Translations under genes and position numbers: made by a program
Shown: positions 44,745 through 54,573 of the stretch, piece after piece
Layout of the letters: every line of letters begins with the position of its first letter
Position numbering within the stretch: position 1 is the stretch's first letter
Assembly (NCBI GenBank): GCA_003167215.1
Contig: PMTV01000051.1
Span: 368 to 64,367 of the forward strand
DNA from: Acidobacteriota bacterium
GTDB lineage: Bacteria; Acidobacteriota; Terriglobia; Acidiferrales; UBA7541
Direction: 5' to 3'
Length of the DNA: 64,000 nucleotides
The notes under the pieces: generated by a model
What the model saw: only the letters and a program-made list of their open reading frames with translations
Database searches by the model: none
What the model was told of the DNA's origin: nothing

Positions 44745-46745
44745 TTACCTGTCTTTTTTCGTAAGTTCGCTGTGAACGAGACTTTCGACTAGCGGTTTCA
44801 CGCCTTGCGAAAAGAGATCTTGAAGTTGAGGGCGAAGTTTATCCAGGACTTTCTGCACTAGCGCATCCACCGCTTCCGCACTAGGTTCACTCGGCGTGGT
44901 GTCCACTTGTACCCGAGGCGGCATAAGGAAAGCGATCCCGGAAAGGGCTTCCCGATTCGGCGGCGGCAGAGTCGGAATGCGTTCGCTGAATTCTTCCACC
45001 GCAGGCTCTGGTACTGCTGGTTCAAACACGGAAGGATCTAAATGCTCCAAATCCGAATCTGATTGCACGTTTTGCGCTTCCTCGGGAGCCGGAAGAAAAT
45101 GCTGCGTTGGAGAAGACTCTTCCTGGTGCGGCGAATAGTCCGAAGGTTTGCTGTGATCCTCATCAACTAAGAGAGGTTCCGGGGCGCTACGGTCCGAGCC
45201 GTGTTCATCTCGCCGTTCGGAGTCTGCCGGCGCGACCATAAGCTTATTGTCGAAATCCGAAGGGCTGCTGGCTGTAGACGCAGGCGCGTGCTCTTCGGCT
45301 CGATTTTCCGCTTCTCGCGACTCGGACGGGAAGTGATAGGAGGGTTTAGCCGGTTCAGGCGCATCGGCAAAAAACCGATCTTCCGAATCCCAGTGAGAGC
45401 CGAACCGGGAACCGTGTCCGTGTGCTGTCTCGTCTTCCGATGTTTCTTCGGCGTGTCCAGCCGGCTCCGAGATACCGCTGTGATTGCCGGATGAGGCTTC
45501 CAAGTGGTTTTCGGCGTCCTTGGCCTTGGGTTCTGCATGTGAAGCGGCCGCTTCCGCCGAAGGCGCACTCAGGTTCGACATCCATCCGCCATTGGGATAC
45601 TCGGACGGAGGCGGCGCCATCATGTCTATCCAATCATTAGCTCTTGCAGCGATGCTCGGACTCGGTTCCACTTTTTCAGCCGGTTTTGCTTCGGCGCGCG
45701 CTTCCTCTTTGACTACGGCCGCCGGCGCCACTTGGTCAGGAGTTGGATCCGGCAGCCACATCGCGTGAGAAGTGTGCGGCGCGTCTTGCACTTCGGATTC
45801 CGTGCCTATAATCGGTTCAGATAGTTCGTCCGCGGCGTGACCGTGCATCTCGGCTGGTTCATTTGCAAGTTCCGTGACCGGAAGCGCTTCGCCGGCGGAT
45901 ATCTCTTGCTCGTCAGATAGTCGCGAGCTTGGGATATGCCGCGGTGGAACATCCTTCTCGGAAGGAAAAGTATTTGAATTGACGTCGCTGCCAAAAGGAT
46001 CGTGCGCATCCTGCGCAACGTTTTCCGGCACCTCGAAATCCGCAGCGTTGCGCCGCCAGTCGCTTACAGTTGCGACGTTATTGAATTCATCTTCCTCTTC
46101 AACATCAGCTTTTGCGACGGGAGCTTTCGCCGCCTTCGAAACTTTTGATTTTCGGGTATGCTCTTCTGCCTCTTCTTCACCTTCGTCGTCATCGCCGGTG
46201 AGGGCGCGTACGCCTTTTCCGAATCCATAAATCTGAGCGGCTTCCTCGGGCGTCGGCTCGGGGAAGTCAGGCAGGGGCTTGGGTTCGCTGCGAAGAGGAA
46301 CTTCCATCACTTCCGGCGGCGGTGGAGGCTCGGCGATGATTTCTCTCTGTTTTGCGAGTTCCGCGGCAATCCGGGGATTCTTTTCCAATACCGACATCAC
46401 CATCGCAATGAGCGGATCCGGTGGAACGAAGGGTTTCTTCAGAACGCCATCAGCGCCCACGCGCCGTGCCTCTTTTTCGTCTAGTGGATCGAAAGCGCCC
46501 ACCAGCAGAATGACGGGGATATGCGCGTATCGCGTATCTTTCTTGATGAACTCGCAGACTTCGTAGCCATTGCGCACGGGCATGAACACATCCGCGAGCA
46601 CAAGATCGGGGTTTACGTCGGGAAGGCGCCGGACGGCGGCTTCGCCGTTGCCCACAGCCACTACATCAACTCCGCGCTCTTCCAACGCCAGCACGACCAT
46701 TTTCTGGATATTGGAATTGTCGTCTGCAACCAGAATTCTGGGCAC
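44745..46745 (-). CDS. Response-regulator receiver domain protein with very long acidic low-complexity extension
   Basis: ORF 44745..46832. The likely start is GTG 46745, with AGGGGA 5 nt upstream, giving (M)PRILVADDNSN.... Receiver hallmarks are DD, the phospho-acceptor context DLVLADVFMP, and LKKPF. After that come ~480 aa rich in Pro/Glu/Ser/Ala/Asp, and then a conserved-looking helical end ...AVDALVQKVLDKLRPQLQDLFSQGVKPLVESLV. Confidence 0.75.
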   Translation of the reverse strand: MPRILVADDNSNIQKMVVLALEERGVDVVAVGNGEAAVRRLPDVNPDLVLADVFMPVRNGYEVCEFIKKDTRYAHIPVILLVGAFDPLDEKEARRVGADGVLKKPFVPPDPLIAMVMSVLEKNPRIAAELAKQREIIAEPPPPPEVMEVPLRSEPKPLPDFPEPTPEEAAQIYGFGKGVRALTGDDDEGEEEAEEHTRKSKVSKAAKAPVAKADVEEEDEFNNVATVSDWRRNAADFEVPENVAQDAHDPFGSDVNSNTFPSEKDVPPRHIPSSRLSDEQEISAGEALPVTELANEPAEMHGHAADELSEPIIGTESEVQDAPHTSHAMWLPDPTPDQVAPAAVVKEEARAEAKPAEKVEPSPSIAARANDWIDMMAPPPSEYPNGGWMSNLSAPSAEAAASHAEPKAKDAENHLEASSGNHSGISEPAGHAEETSEDETAHGHGSRFGSHWDSEDRFFADAPEPAKPSYHFPSESREAENRAEEHAPASTASSPSDFDNKLMVAPADSERRDEHGSDRSAPEPLLVDEDHSKPSDYSPHQEESSPTQHFLPAPEEAQNVQSDSDLEHLDPSVFEPAVPEPAVEEFSERIPTLPPPNREALSGIAFLMPPRVQVDTTPSEPSAEAVDALVQKVLDKLRPQLQDLFSQGVKPLVESLVHSELTKKDR

Positions 46746-46881
46746 TGTCTTCCCCTGGAGGCGAGCCCAGACGGCGACACGCCCACCCCTTTCATCTTGT
46801 ATTGCAGCATCCCCAAACGCGGGCGTCAACAAACTCGAAGTACAGGCGTGCTTGAGTTGTTAGCAGGGAGTAAACAGGCGC

Positions 46882-48597
46882 TTACCAGGGAATAAGCTTC
46901 TTGATGCCCTTCTTTTTCTTGCTGGAGGACTCTTGCTTGGGATCAGCGCTGTCCGCCGCTTTAGGCTGTGCTCCCTGGGCTTGGGAGGATGCTGGGGCTC
47001 CTGTAGTAGGCGCGCTGCTGGCTGGCGGTGGCGCTGTGGAGGTGGATTCGGCAGCGCCTGTCCTGGATGAACCGGTGGCCGATCCTGGCGCGGTTGGCGG
47101 CGGTGGCATCGGGGGCCCGGAATTATCCGGCGCTGGTCTTGAATCGGGAGTAGGAGCGAGAACAGGAACCGCGCTCGAAGGCGCTAGAGCCGTGCCATTT
47201 ATAGCGGGAGTCGCCGCTGGGGTGTCGGAGGCAGTGCTGGGGTCGTCTGGAGAAGTTATGATCTGCAGCCCCATGCTGGTGCCGGAAGTAGCGGGAGCTC
47301 CGACCGGCTGAGTCGTTGCGTCGACCGGTGCCGCTTCGTTCCCCGGATCGGTTACCGGCGCTTCGGCACTCGTCCCCGTGACGGTAAAAGACGGACCTTT
47401 TGCCCCGGACTTCAAAACGTCCGTTGCCGAAATTACATCGTTCGGCGGATTCATTTGTGGCTGTCCCAGCCTCGCAGCCGTTGAAACGTCAGGGTTGCCT
47501 TTGATCATCCCCATGGGGCGTTTGATTAAGAGGCTCTGATGGTGCTGCTCCGCCCACAATTGGTCGTTCTTCATTCGCTGGAGCGCCTCAGGATCAGGCG
47601 ACGGAATAGGCAGGCCCAAGGATGTCAGGCGCGCCCGGGCATCGACGCCCCTCTTGGACAAAGGGTAGTCCTGAAGAATACGGTCATAGCATTTCGCGGC
47701 CAGATCACCCCAGTGATTTTTGTCGTCTTCGTTCTTCGAGACCAGCTTCGCGCGCGAATAAACGCTGCCGAGCATCCACAGCGCTTCATCGGTCTGGCTA
47801 TAGAGCGGATAACGGTCCGTCACTTCCACCAGCCGAGCGGTCGCCGCGCGGTAATCCGCCTTCAAATAATAGTAACGAGCGACTTTAAATTCGCCATCGC
47901 CCAGAACCTCTTGTACGTCGCGCAGATATTGCTCCGCCTTGGGCACCAGAGGACTTTGCGGATACTTCAAGATGAATGCCTGGAATTCGTCTTCGGCGGC
48001 TTGCGCCTGCGTCGAGTCCCGGTCAGCCTTTTCCATCATGCGGTAATGCGCCATACCGACCTGCATTTGCGCGTAGGCGGCTTCGTCAAGGAAGGGGAAA
48101 AATGTGATGAAATCTTTGTACTCGGAAATGGCTTGCGTCGTACTCGAAGTGCCTCCCTCTTTGTAATACGAATCGGCGACCGAAAGTTTGGCCTTCGCTA
48201 GGTACTCGCTATCCGGATAGGTGTTGATCAGGGTTTGCAAGGCCAGGCGGCCTTCCGTGTAACGGGCAGCCTTCATGTCAACCAGCGCGCGATCGTAGAG
48301 CACCTTGTCAGGCTCTGACGAAGCGTCCGTAACTGGTTTCGCGTCTGGTTTTTTCTTAGCTTTTTTCGATGTGGCTTGGGACGCCTTCTTGGCCGGAGCT
48401 GTCTTGGGCGTCTGTGCCGTCTGCGGTGCGCCTTGCGCTGCCGGAGCCGTAACGGGTGCGCCTTGTGAGGATGGCGCTGTTTGTGGCGCGCCCTGATCGG
48501 ATTGTTGCGCACTCGCGCTCGGGCACACCTGCAGGAAGAGAGAAGTACCCAGTATCAGAATTACCAGATAACGTGTTCGACTGAAGTTTGCTGCCAT
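46882..48597 (-). CDS. bamD: Outer-membrane assembly factor BamD-like TPR protein with long Pro/Ala/Ser/Thr-rich tail
   Basis: ORF 46882..48630, with ATG 48597 giving MAANFSRTRYLVILILGTSLFLQVCPSASAQ. The BamD/YfiO-like TPR core is LYDRALVDMKAARY...YPDSEYLAKAKLSVADSYY...FPF...AAYAQMQVGMAHY...YPQSPLVPKAEQYL...ARYYYLKADYRAA. About 200 aa of low-complexity sequence follow at the C-terminus. Confidence 0.75.
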   Translation of the reverse strand: MAANFSRTRYLVILILGTSLFLQVCPSASAQQSDQGAPQTAPSSQGAPVTAPAAQGAPQTAQTPKTAPAKKASQATSKKAKKKPDAKPVTDASSEPDKVLYDRALVDMKAARYTEGRLALQTLINTYPDSEYLAKAKLSVADSYYKEGGTSSTTQAISEYKDFITFFPFLDEAAYAQMQVGMAHYRMMEKADRDSTQAQAAEDEFQAFILKYPQSPLVPKAEQYLRDVQEVLGDGEFKVARYYYLKADYRAATARLVEVTDRYPLYSQTDEALWMLGSVYSRAKLVSKNEDDKNHWGDLAAKCYDRILQDYPLSKRGVDARARLTSLGLPIPSPDPEALQRMKNDQLWAEQHHQSLLIKRPMGMIKGNPDVSTAARLGQPQMNPPNDVISATDVLKSGAKGPSFTVTGTSAEAPVTDPGNEAAPVDATTQPVGAPATSGTSMGLQIITSPDDPSTASDTPAATPAINGTALAPSSAVPVLAPTPDSRPAPDNSGPPMPPPPTAPGSATGSSRTGAAESTSTAPPPASSAPTTGAPASSQAQGAQPKAADSADPKQESSSKKKKGIKKLIPW

Positions 48598-48646
48598 CAC
48601 ACCCTTGGAATCAGTTCTCGCTCTAATCAATCTTTAGCTAAATTCC

Positions 48647-49333
48647 TCAAACCTTGTGGCTCAAAGCTTCGGTGGCCAGCTTATGCAGCTGCCGTGTAGC
48701 TCCTGCTGGATCGCTCGCGTGAAAAATCGATGACCCCGCAACAAACGTATTTGCCCCGGCCTGGGCAAGCTCGGCAATGTTTCCCAGATCGACGCCCCCA
48801 TCCACTTCGATCCGGAAGCCGGCATTATAACGCGTACGCCACTGGTTCAGTTGCCGAATTTTCTCCAGCGCGCCGCGAATGAATTTCTGGCCGCCGAATC
48901 CCGGGTTTACCGACATCACCAGCACCGTATCCAGCTTGTCTAGGACGTCGCTCAGCATCAGCACGGGAGTAGCGGGATTAATTACCGCACCCGCCTCCGC
49001 GCCGTGTTCGCGAATCATTGCCAGCGCGCGGTCCAGATGTACCGTGGCTTCTTGATGAACCAGCACGCGAGTGGCGCCCGCCCGCACAAAATCCTCGATG
49101 TATTCTTCGGGGCGTTCGATCATCAGATGCACATCAAGGGGCAAACGGGTTGCCTTGCGAATTGACTCGACCACCGGGATGCCGATGGAAATATTGGGGA
49201 CAAAATGGCCATCCATCACGTCCACGTGAATCACATCCGCGCCGGCTTGTTCCACCGTGCGAATTTCTTCGCCCAGACGGGCAAAGTCAGAAGCCAGAAT
49301 GGAAGGTGCGATCTCGATGCGTGCGTAGCTCAT
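48647..49333 (-). CDS. rpe: Ribulose-phosphate 3-epimerase
   Basis: APSILASDF, HVDVMDGHFVPN and MSVNPGFGGQKF. Confidence 0.95.
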   Translation of the reverse strand: MSYARIEIAPSILASDFARLGEEIRTVEQAGADVIHVDVMDGHFVPNISIGIPVVESIRKATRLPLDVHLMIERPEEYIEDFVRAGATRVLVHQEATVHLDRALAMIREHGAEAGAVINPATPVLMLSDVLDKLDTVLVMSVNPGFGGQKFIRGALEKIRQLNQWRTRYNAGFRIEVDGGVDLGNIAELAQAGANTFVAGSSIFHASDPAGATRQLHKLATEALSHKV

Positions 49334-49368
49334 GCGATCACGCGGATTTTAACACAGCCCGGCCGCTG

Positions 49369-50094
49369 CTACTCGGCAAGCTGAAGCTCGATCGTGGTGC
49401 CCGAATCTAGCCGGGAGCCCCGCGCAGGGCTTTGTGATGCTACGGTGCCGTGCGGCGTGCCGGGAACGGGCGAAAATGTAAGCTTCGAAACTTTCAGTCC
49501 GGTTTCGGCTAATTTTGATTCCGCTTCCGCGAGAGAAAGTCCACTCATCTCCGGCATGACGTATGCCGCGGGCCTGGGCCCCAGCGAAACGAGCAAATCT
49601 ATGTGCGGGCTTGTGAGATCAGAAGTGCCGGGCGCGGGCTCTTGCCGGATTACGGTGTCGTCTTGCCCCAACGGAAGATAGGCGCTAGAAATCTCTCCCA
49701 GCTGCAGCCCGCTACGTAGCAGCTCGATGCGCGCAGCTCGCAGGCTACGCTCCACGAGCACCGGAATTGTGGCTTTCTGAGGGCCGAGACTCAGCATCAC
49801 ATGCGCGTACTGTCCCGTCTTCACCCGCGAGCCCGGTGCAGGGCTTTGCCGCACCACCACATCGGCCGGAAGAGCATTGTAAATGCGGTCTTCCACTTTG
49901 ATTCCCACTCCGCGTCCTTGCAAAGTCTGTTGTGCCTGCACTGCTTTCATCCCAACCACGTCGGGCATGGCGACCTCGCGGCCCTGGATTGCGAACCGCA
50001 CCGCCATCAATGCGCTCAGGAACGCCACCGACGCCAGAATAAAAACGATCAGCGACATCCGAAACACCCACTGCAGGCGATCCCGCAACGTCAT
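49369..50094 (-). CDS. Membrane-anchored protein with three PASTA domains and no kinase or PBP domain
   Basis: A 12-aa cytoplasmic N-terminus is followed by one TM helix (MSLIVFILASVAFLSALMAV). There are then three ~65-aa repeats of the type PDVVGMK..AQQTL...G..V........P...V..Q.P.PG......G....L.LG. Confidence 0.75.
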   Translation of the reverse strand: MTLRDRLQWVFRMSLIVFILASVAFLSALMAVRFAIQGREVAMPDVVGMKAVQAQQTLQGRGVGIKVEDRIYNALPADVVVRQSPAPGSRVKTGQYAHVMLSLGPQKATIPVLVERSLRAARIELLRSGLQLGEISSAYLPLGQDDTVIRQEPAPGTSDLTSPHIDLLVSLGPRPAAYVMPEMSGLSLAEAESKLAETGLKVSKLTFSPVPGTPHGTVASQSPARGSRLDSGTTIELQLAE

Positions 50095-50166
50095 CGATTA
50101 GCTCCTCCGTTTGTAGAGCCTAACACGGCGGGCATGCCACGGCCCGCTGCTCTTTGCGCTGTATTG

Positions 50167-51552
50167 CTATCTTTCACCCTTTCCGTTTTTCTCCAGCAGC
50201 GCAGCGAAGAAGCCATCCGTTTGATACGCGCCGGGCTCCACGTGAAATTGCCCCATTTCATCGAACAAACTCCTTGCAACGACCCCGGAAGCGAGATGCG
50301 CGGATATGGAGCGCGCCCCTTCTTTCGCCGTCACACGGCTCGCGTCTGGAAATTCACGAAGCACCTCGGCTACCACGTCCTCGTTTTCTTCCACTTCGAG
50401 CGAGCAGGTGGAATACACCAGGCGCCCGCCCGGCGCAAGCTGCTTCAGCGCGGTAGCCAGCAGCGCGGACTGCAAATGATTGAGTTCGCGCAATTGTTCG
50501 GGTCTCAGCCGCCAGCGGATTTCGGGATGCCGCGCGAGCGTTCCAGTTCCCGAGCATGGCGCATCCACCAAAATGCGGTCAAACTCAATGGCAAAGGGAA
50601 GGGTCTTTGCCGCGTCCAGCTCGACGAGGCTTGTTTCGCGCAGATCGAGCCGCTTGAACTGTTCGCGCATTGCTCGCAGCCGGTGCGCGTGACGATCTGC
50701 GGCGACGATCAGCCCATTCTTTCCCGCGTTACGCGCGAGCGTTGGCGTCTTTCCTCCCGGCGCGGCACACAAATCAAGAGCTCGATTTCCCGGCTGCACA
50801 TCGAGTAGCAATGGAATCGCTTGCGAAGCTTCGTCCTGAATTGAAATATCTCCCCGTTGGAACGCTTCTGTCCGAGTCGGGCTGCCGCCATTTACCGCAA
50901 ACGCTCCGTTTAACAAAAGCCCGGACTCGAGGCGCAAGCCCGACTCTTGCAGGCCACTCAAAATATCGTCGCGACGCTTGGCGTTATGCACCGAACAGCT
51001 CAGCCGCGGTGTCCGGTTGTTAGCTCGCAGCAGGGAAGCCGTTTCCAGTTCTCCAAAGCGCGCGAGCCAGCGTTCAACCAGCCATGCCGGATGCGAATGC
51101 ACGATTCCCAGCCGCTCGGCCGGCGGAATGCCCGCAGGCAGAAACTTTTCCGCCGGTTCTTTCGCTTCCGCTGTCGCCCGCCGCAGCACCGCGTTCACTA
51201 AGGAAGTCGCAGAAGTCTTTCGCGCGCGTTTTACCAGTTCCACCGACTCGTTCACCGCGGCTCGTGCCGGTATCCGCCCGAGGAATCGAAGCTGGTACAA
51301 ACCCATCCGCAATGCGATTGCCACCGGCAAATCGAGCCGCGCGACGGATTTCTTCAGCGAGCGTTCGAGAAAAAAATCCAGAAGTCCGCGCCAGCGCAAC
51401 ACTCCGAGCGTAAGCTCCGTCGCGAGCGCTGCGTCATCCTGCCGCACGCGGTCGCCTAGTTCGCTGTGCAACACGTCGCTCGCGTACGCGCCTTCCGCCT
51501 CCACGCGCCGCAGTACTTCGTAAGCAATCTTCCTGGCAACGCTGACGGACAT
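50167..51552 (-). CDS. rsmB: 16S rRNA (cytosine967-C5)-methyltransferase
   Basis: NusB-like N-terminus, ALDLCAAPGGKT, and the catalytic cysteines in DAPCSGTGTLARHPE and YSTCSLE. Confidence 0.9.
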   Translation of the reverse strand: MSVSVARKIAYEVLRRVEAEGAYASDVLHSELGDRVRQDDAALATELTLGVLRWRGLLDFFLERSLKKSVARLDLPVAIALRMGLYQLRFLGRIPARAAVNESVELVKRARKTSATSLVNAVLRRATAEAKEPAEKFLPAGIPPAERLGIVHSHPAWLVERWLARFGELETASLLRANNRTPRLSCSVHNAKRRDDILSGLQESGLRLESGLLLNGAFAVNGGSPTRTEAFQRGDISIQDEASQAIPLLLDVQPGNRALDLCAAPGGKTPTLARNAGKNGLIVAADRHAHRLRAMREQFKRLDLRETSLVELDAAKTLPFAIEFDRILVDAPCSGTGTLARHPEIRWRLRPEQLRELNHLQSALLATALKQLAPGGRLVYSTCSLEVEENEDVVAEVLREFPDASRVTAKEGARSISAHLASGVVARSLFDEMGQFHVEPGAYQTDGFFAALLEKNGKGER

Positions 51553-51566
51553 TTGTTTTTGTAGAA

Positions 51567-52541
51567 TTAACTGCCGAACTGATCGACCGGTCTCAGGCGG
51601 GCGCCATTTGCAAATTCCAGCGCCGTGATGCGTTTGCGTCCCTCGAGTTGGACGAATTCAAGTTGCAACACAGTGCCATCGCCGCAAGCGACGAGGACCT
51701 TGCCGCTGCCTGCAAGAATTTCGCCCGGTGCGCGTGTGGCACCGGCGGGAGAAGCTTCGAAACTGGTTCCCATGCTGGCTTTTAAAATTGGCCGGCCCCA
51801 GATGGCGCAATTCTTTCCCCGGAATGATGTGAACGCCCCGGGCCACGGTTGCAACCCGCGGATGCGGTTGTAGATTTGCTGCGCGGGCAGCCGCCAATCA
51901 ATCCGCCCCTCCTCTTTCTCTAGTGGCGGCGCAAAAGTTGCCCGCGAATTATCCTGGGACGCCGGAGCGATTGTTCCGCGCTCGAGTGCGCGCAAAGTTT
52001 CGGCCACCAGCGGCGCGCCCGCCTCGGACAGCCGCGCATACAGTTGGGGCGCAGTTTCGTCCAGCCCCACATCGGTTTCAAACTTCAGCAGCGTTGGACC
52101 AGTATCAAGTCCCGCGTCAATCCGCATGGTGGTCAGGCCCGTGCGCGTTTCGCCGTTGATAATCGCCCGGTGGATCGGTGCCGCGCCGCGATACTTCGGC
52201 AGCAACGAGCCGTGCAGATTGATCCAGCCAAGGCGCGGGATCTCGATCAGACGCTGCGGAATAATTTGCCCGTACGCGATGATCACCACGGCATCCGGCG
52301 CAGTTCGATGGAAATACTGCAACGCTTCGTCCGATCTGATTTTTTCGGGCTGGTACACCGGAACTCCAGCAGACACCGCTGCTTCTTTTACCGAAGAGCT
52401 GGATGTGGCGTGGCCGCGGCCGCGCGGCCGGTCGGGCTGCGTGACGACGCCTGTGATTTGAAAATCGGATTGTGCGAGAAGATGCCGCAGGGAAGGCAGC
52501 GCAAAGTCAGGGGTGCCGCAAAAAATGATTCGGAGCGGCAC
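51567..52541 (-). CDS. fmt: Methionyl-tRNA formyltransferase
   Basis: IIFCGTPDFALPSL and NLHGSLLPKYRGAAPI. Confidence 0.95.
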   Translation of the reverse strand: MPLRIIFCGTPDFALPSLRHLLAQSDFQITGVVTQPDRPRGRGHATSSSSVKEAAVSAGVPVYQPEKIRSDEALQYFHRTAPDAVVIIAYGQIIPQRLIEIPRLGWINLHGSLLPKYRGAAPIHRAIINGETRTGLTTMRIDAGLDTGPTLLKFETDVGLDETAPQLYARLSEAGAPLVAETLRALERGTIAPASQDNSRATFAPPLEKEEGRIDWRLPAQQIYNRIRGLQPWPGAFTSFRGKNCAIWGRPILKASMGTSFEASPAGATRAPGEILAGSGKVLVACGDGTVLQLEFVQLEGRKRITALEFANGARLRPVDQFGS

Positions 52542-52547
52542 GCCGCC

Positions 52548-53057
52548 CTACCACTCGCCGGCTTTTTTCAGCTTGCGAATCTTGCGCTTGATCATGTCGC
52601 GTTTCAGCATGCTTAAGTGAGTGATGAAGAGAACACCATTGAGATGATCGATTTCGTGGCAAAACGCGCGCGCCAGCAATCCTTCGCCTCGCATTTCGAA
52701 TTCTTTGCCTGTGACGTCATGCGCGCGAATCGTGACGTACTGCGGCCGCGCCACGTGCGCGCGAAATCCCGGTACGGAGAGGCATCCTTCTTCTTCGCGC
52801 TGCTCGCCTTCCGCATGAATGATTTCCGGATTCGCGCACACCAGCTTGGCTTCCGGATTTTTCCCGTTGCTCACGTCGATTACCGTGACGCGCAGGCCGA
52901 GTCCGATTTGCGGCGCCGCCAAGCCCACGCCCGACGCCGCGTACATGGACTCAAACATATCCTCCACGAGCTTCTGAAAATCCGCGTCGAAGTTTTCGAC
53001 ACGCTTGGTCGGCGTCTCGAGCACAGGGTCCCCGTATTTCACGATTGGATGAATCAT
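52548..53057 (-). CDS. def: Peptide deformylase
   Basis: GVGLAAPQIG, EGCLSVPG and HEIDHLNG. Confidence 0.95.
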   Translation of the reverse strand: MIHPIVKYGDPVLETPTKRVENFDADFQKLVEDMFESMYAASGVGLAAPQIGLGLRVTVIDVSNGKNPEAKLVCANPEIIHAEGEQREEEGCLSVPGFRAHVARPQYVTIRAHDVTGKEFEMRGEGLLARAFCHEIDHLNGVLFITHLSMLKRDMIKRKIRKLKKAGEW

Positions 53058-53116
53058 CTTCGCTACTTCTGTCCTTTGTGCGTATCGCTTGCCAAAGCCA
53101 AACTATTCGTTATCGC

Positions 53117-54289
53117 CTAAAAGTCGTCGAGCTGTTTCTGATACCCCTCGAAGTTGCGACGCGTTTCTTCCATCGAATCCCCGCCGAACTTTTCCAGGAA
53201 CGCTCCCGCCAGCTCCAGCGTGACCATGGCTTCGCCGATCACCCCCGCTGCAGGGACGACGCACACATCCGAACGCTCGTATGCGGCTTTCACCGGCTCC
53301 TTGGTTTTCAAGTCTGCCGTCTGCAACGGACGCCGCAGAGTTGAAATCGGCTTCAAGTATCCGCGCACAACGATGTCGCCTCCGTTTGAAATTCCGCCTT
53401 CGATTCCCCCGGCTCGATTGGAAGAGCGGGCGAACCTTTTGCTGCCCGTGTCGTAACGGATTTCGTCCTGCACTTCCGAGCCGCAGCTCCCTGCATTTTC
53501 TATCCCCGTGCCGATTTCAACCGCCTTCACCGCCTGAATGGACATCACCGCGCGGGCCAGCTTGGCGTCGAGCTTTTCGTCCCATTGCGCGTGGCTTCCC
53601 AGCCCCGGCGGAATTCCGCGCGCTACAATTTCAAAAATCCCGCCAACCGAATCGCCTTCCTTCAGCACGCGATCTACTTCCGCTTTCATGCGTGATTCGG
53701 TGGCCGCATCCACACAGCGGAGCGGCGAGTCCAGATTCTCGCATGCCGCCGCGATCTCTTGCCAGCTGGCCGCGCGTTCCAGGCGAACGTGGCCCACCGC
53801 GAGCGTGTGGCTCAAAATCGCCGCACCGAACTCGCGCAAAAGTAATTTTGCGAAGGCTCCGGCAGCCACTCGCGCAGCCGTCTCGCGCGCCGAAGCCCGC
53901 TCGAGCACGTACCGCGCGTCGTGAAAATTGAATTTCAGCGCTCCCGCCAAATCTGCGTGCCCCGGGCGCGGCGCGGTCAGCGGACGCTGCGAATCCTCGG
54001 CCCCTTCGGTGTCTTCCACCGGCAGCGCCTTTTCCCAATTCTTCCAGTCGCGATTCTCGATGCGCAGCGCGATCGGAGCGCCGATCGTTTTTCCGTGGCG
54101 CACGCCTGCGAAAATTTCCGCCTGGTCCTTTTCGATCCGCTGCCGCGCTCCGCGCCCGTAACCCAGTTGCCGCCGGTGCAACTCGCGCTGAATGAATTCC
54201 TGATCTACCGGCATGCCCGCCGGCACCCCGGAGATCCACGCCACCAGGCCTTGCCCGTGAGACTCTCCGGCAGTTACAAATCGCAGCAT
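53117..54289 (-). CDS. aroC: Chorismate synthase
   Basis: ORF 53117..54370, with the likely ATG at 54289 (MLRFVTAGESHGQGL...). Also RPGHADL and GGISNG. Confidence 0.9.
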   Translation of the reverse strand: MLRFVTAGESHGQGLVAWISGVPAGMPVDQEFIQRELHRRQLGYGRGARQRIEKDQAEIFAGVRHGKTIGAPIALRIENRDWKNWEKALPVEDTEGAEDSQRPLTAPRPGHADLAGALKFNFHDARYVLERASARETAARVAAGAFAKLLLREFGAAILSHTLAVGHVRLERAASWQEIAAACENLDSPLRCVDAATESRMKAEVDRVLKEGDSVGGIFEIVARGIPPGLGSHAQWDEKLDAKLARAVMSIQAVKAVEIGTGIENAGSCGSEVQDEIRYDTGSKRFARSSNRAGGIEGGISNGGDIVVRGYLKPISTLRRPLQTADLKTKEPVKAAYERSDVCVVPAAGVIGEAMVTLELAGAFLEKFGGDSMEETRRNFEGYQKQLDDF

Positions 54290-54573
54290 TTTTCCCGGTC
54301 GCCAGGCCCGTGAAGAGTCCGCTGGAGCGACGAAAGATTCTACCGAACGCACTGACGCGCGTAAAGCCACTCATCAGTCGTAGAAAGCAAGTTTGCTTCG
54401 ACCAAGGATATCTGCGATTTTCAGTCGGAGGCGACCCCGCGGCTATCTCCTGCGTGCCTCCCTGTCCCGTACCGGATATGTCAAAACGCGCGCGGATGTT
54501 TGCTTGACGGCGCACGCCTCGGACGTTAGGCTTCCGAGGACTTCGGTGGTCGCGATGCGCCGAAGTTCCAAAA

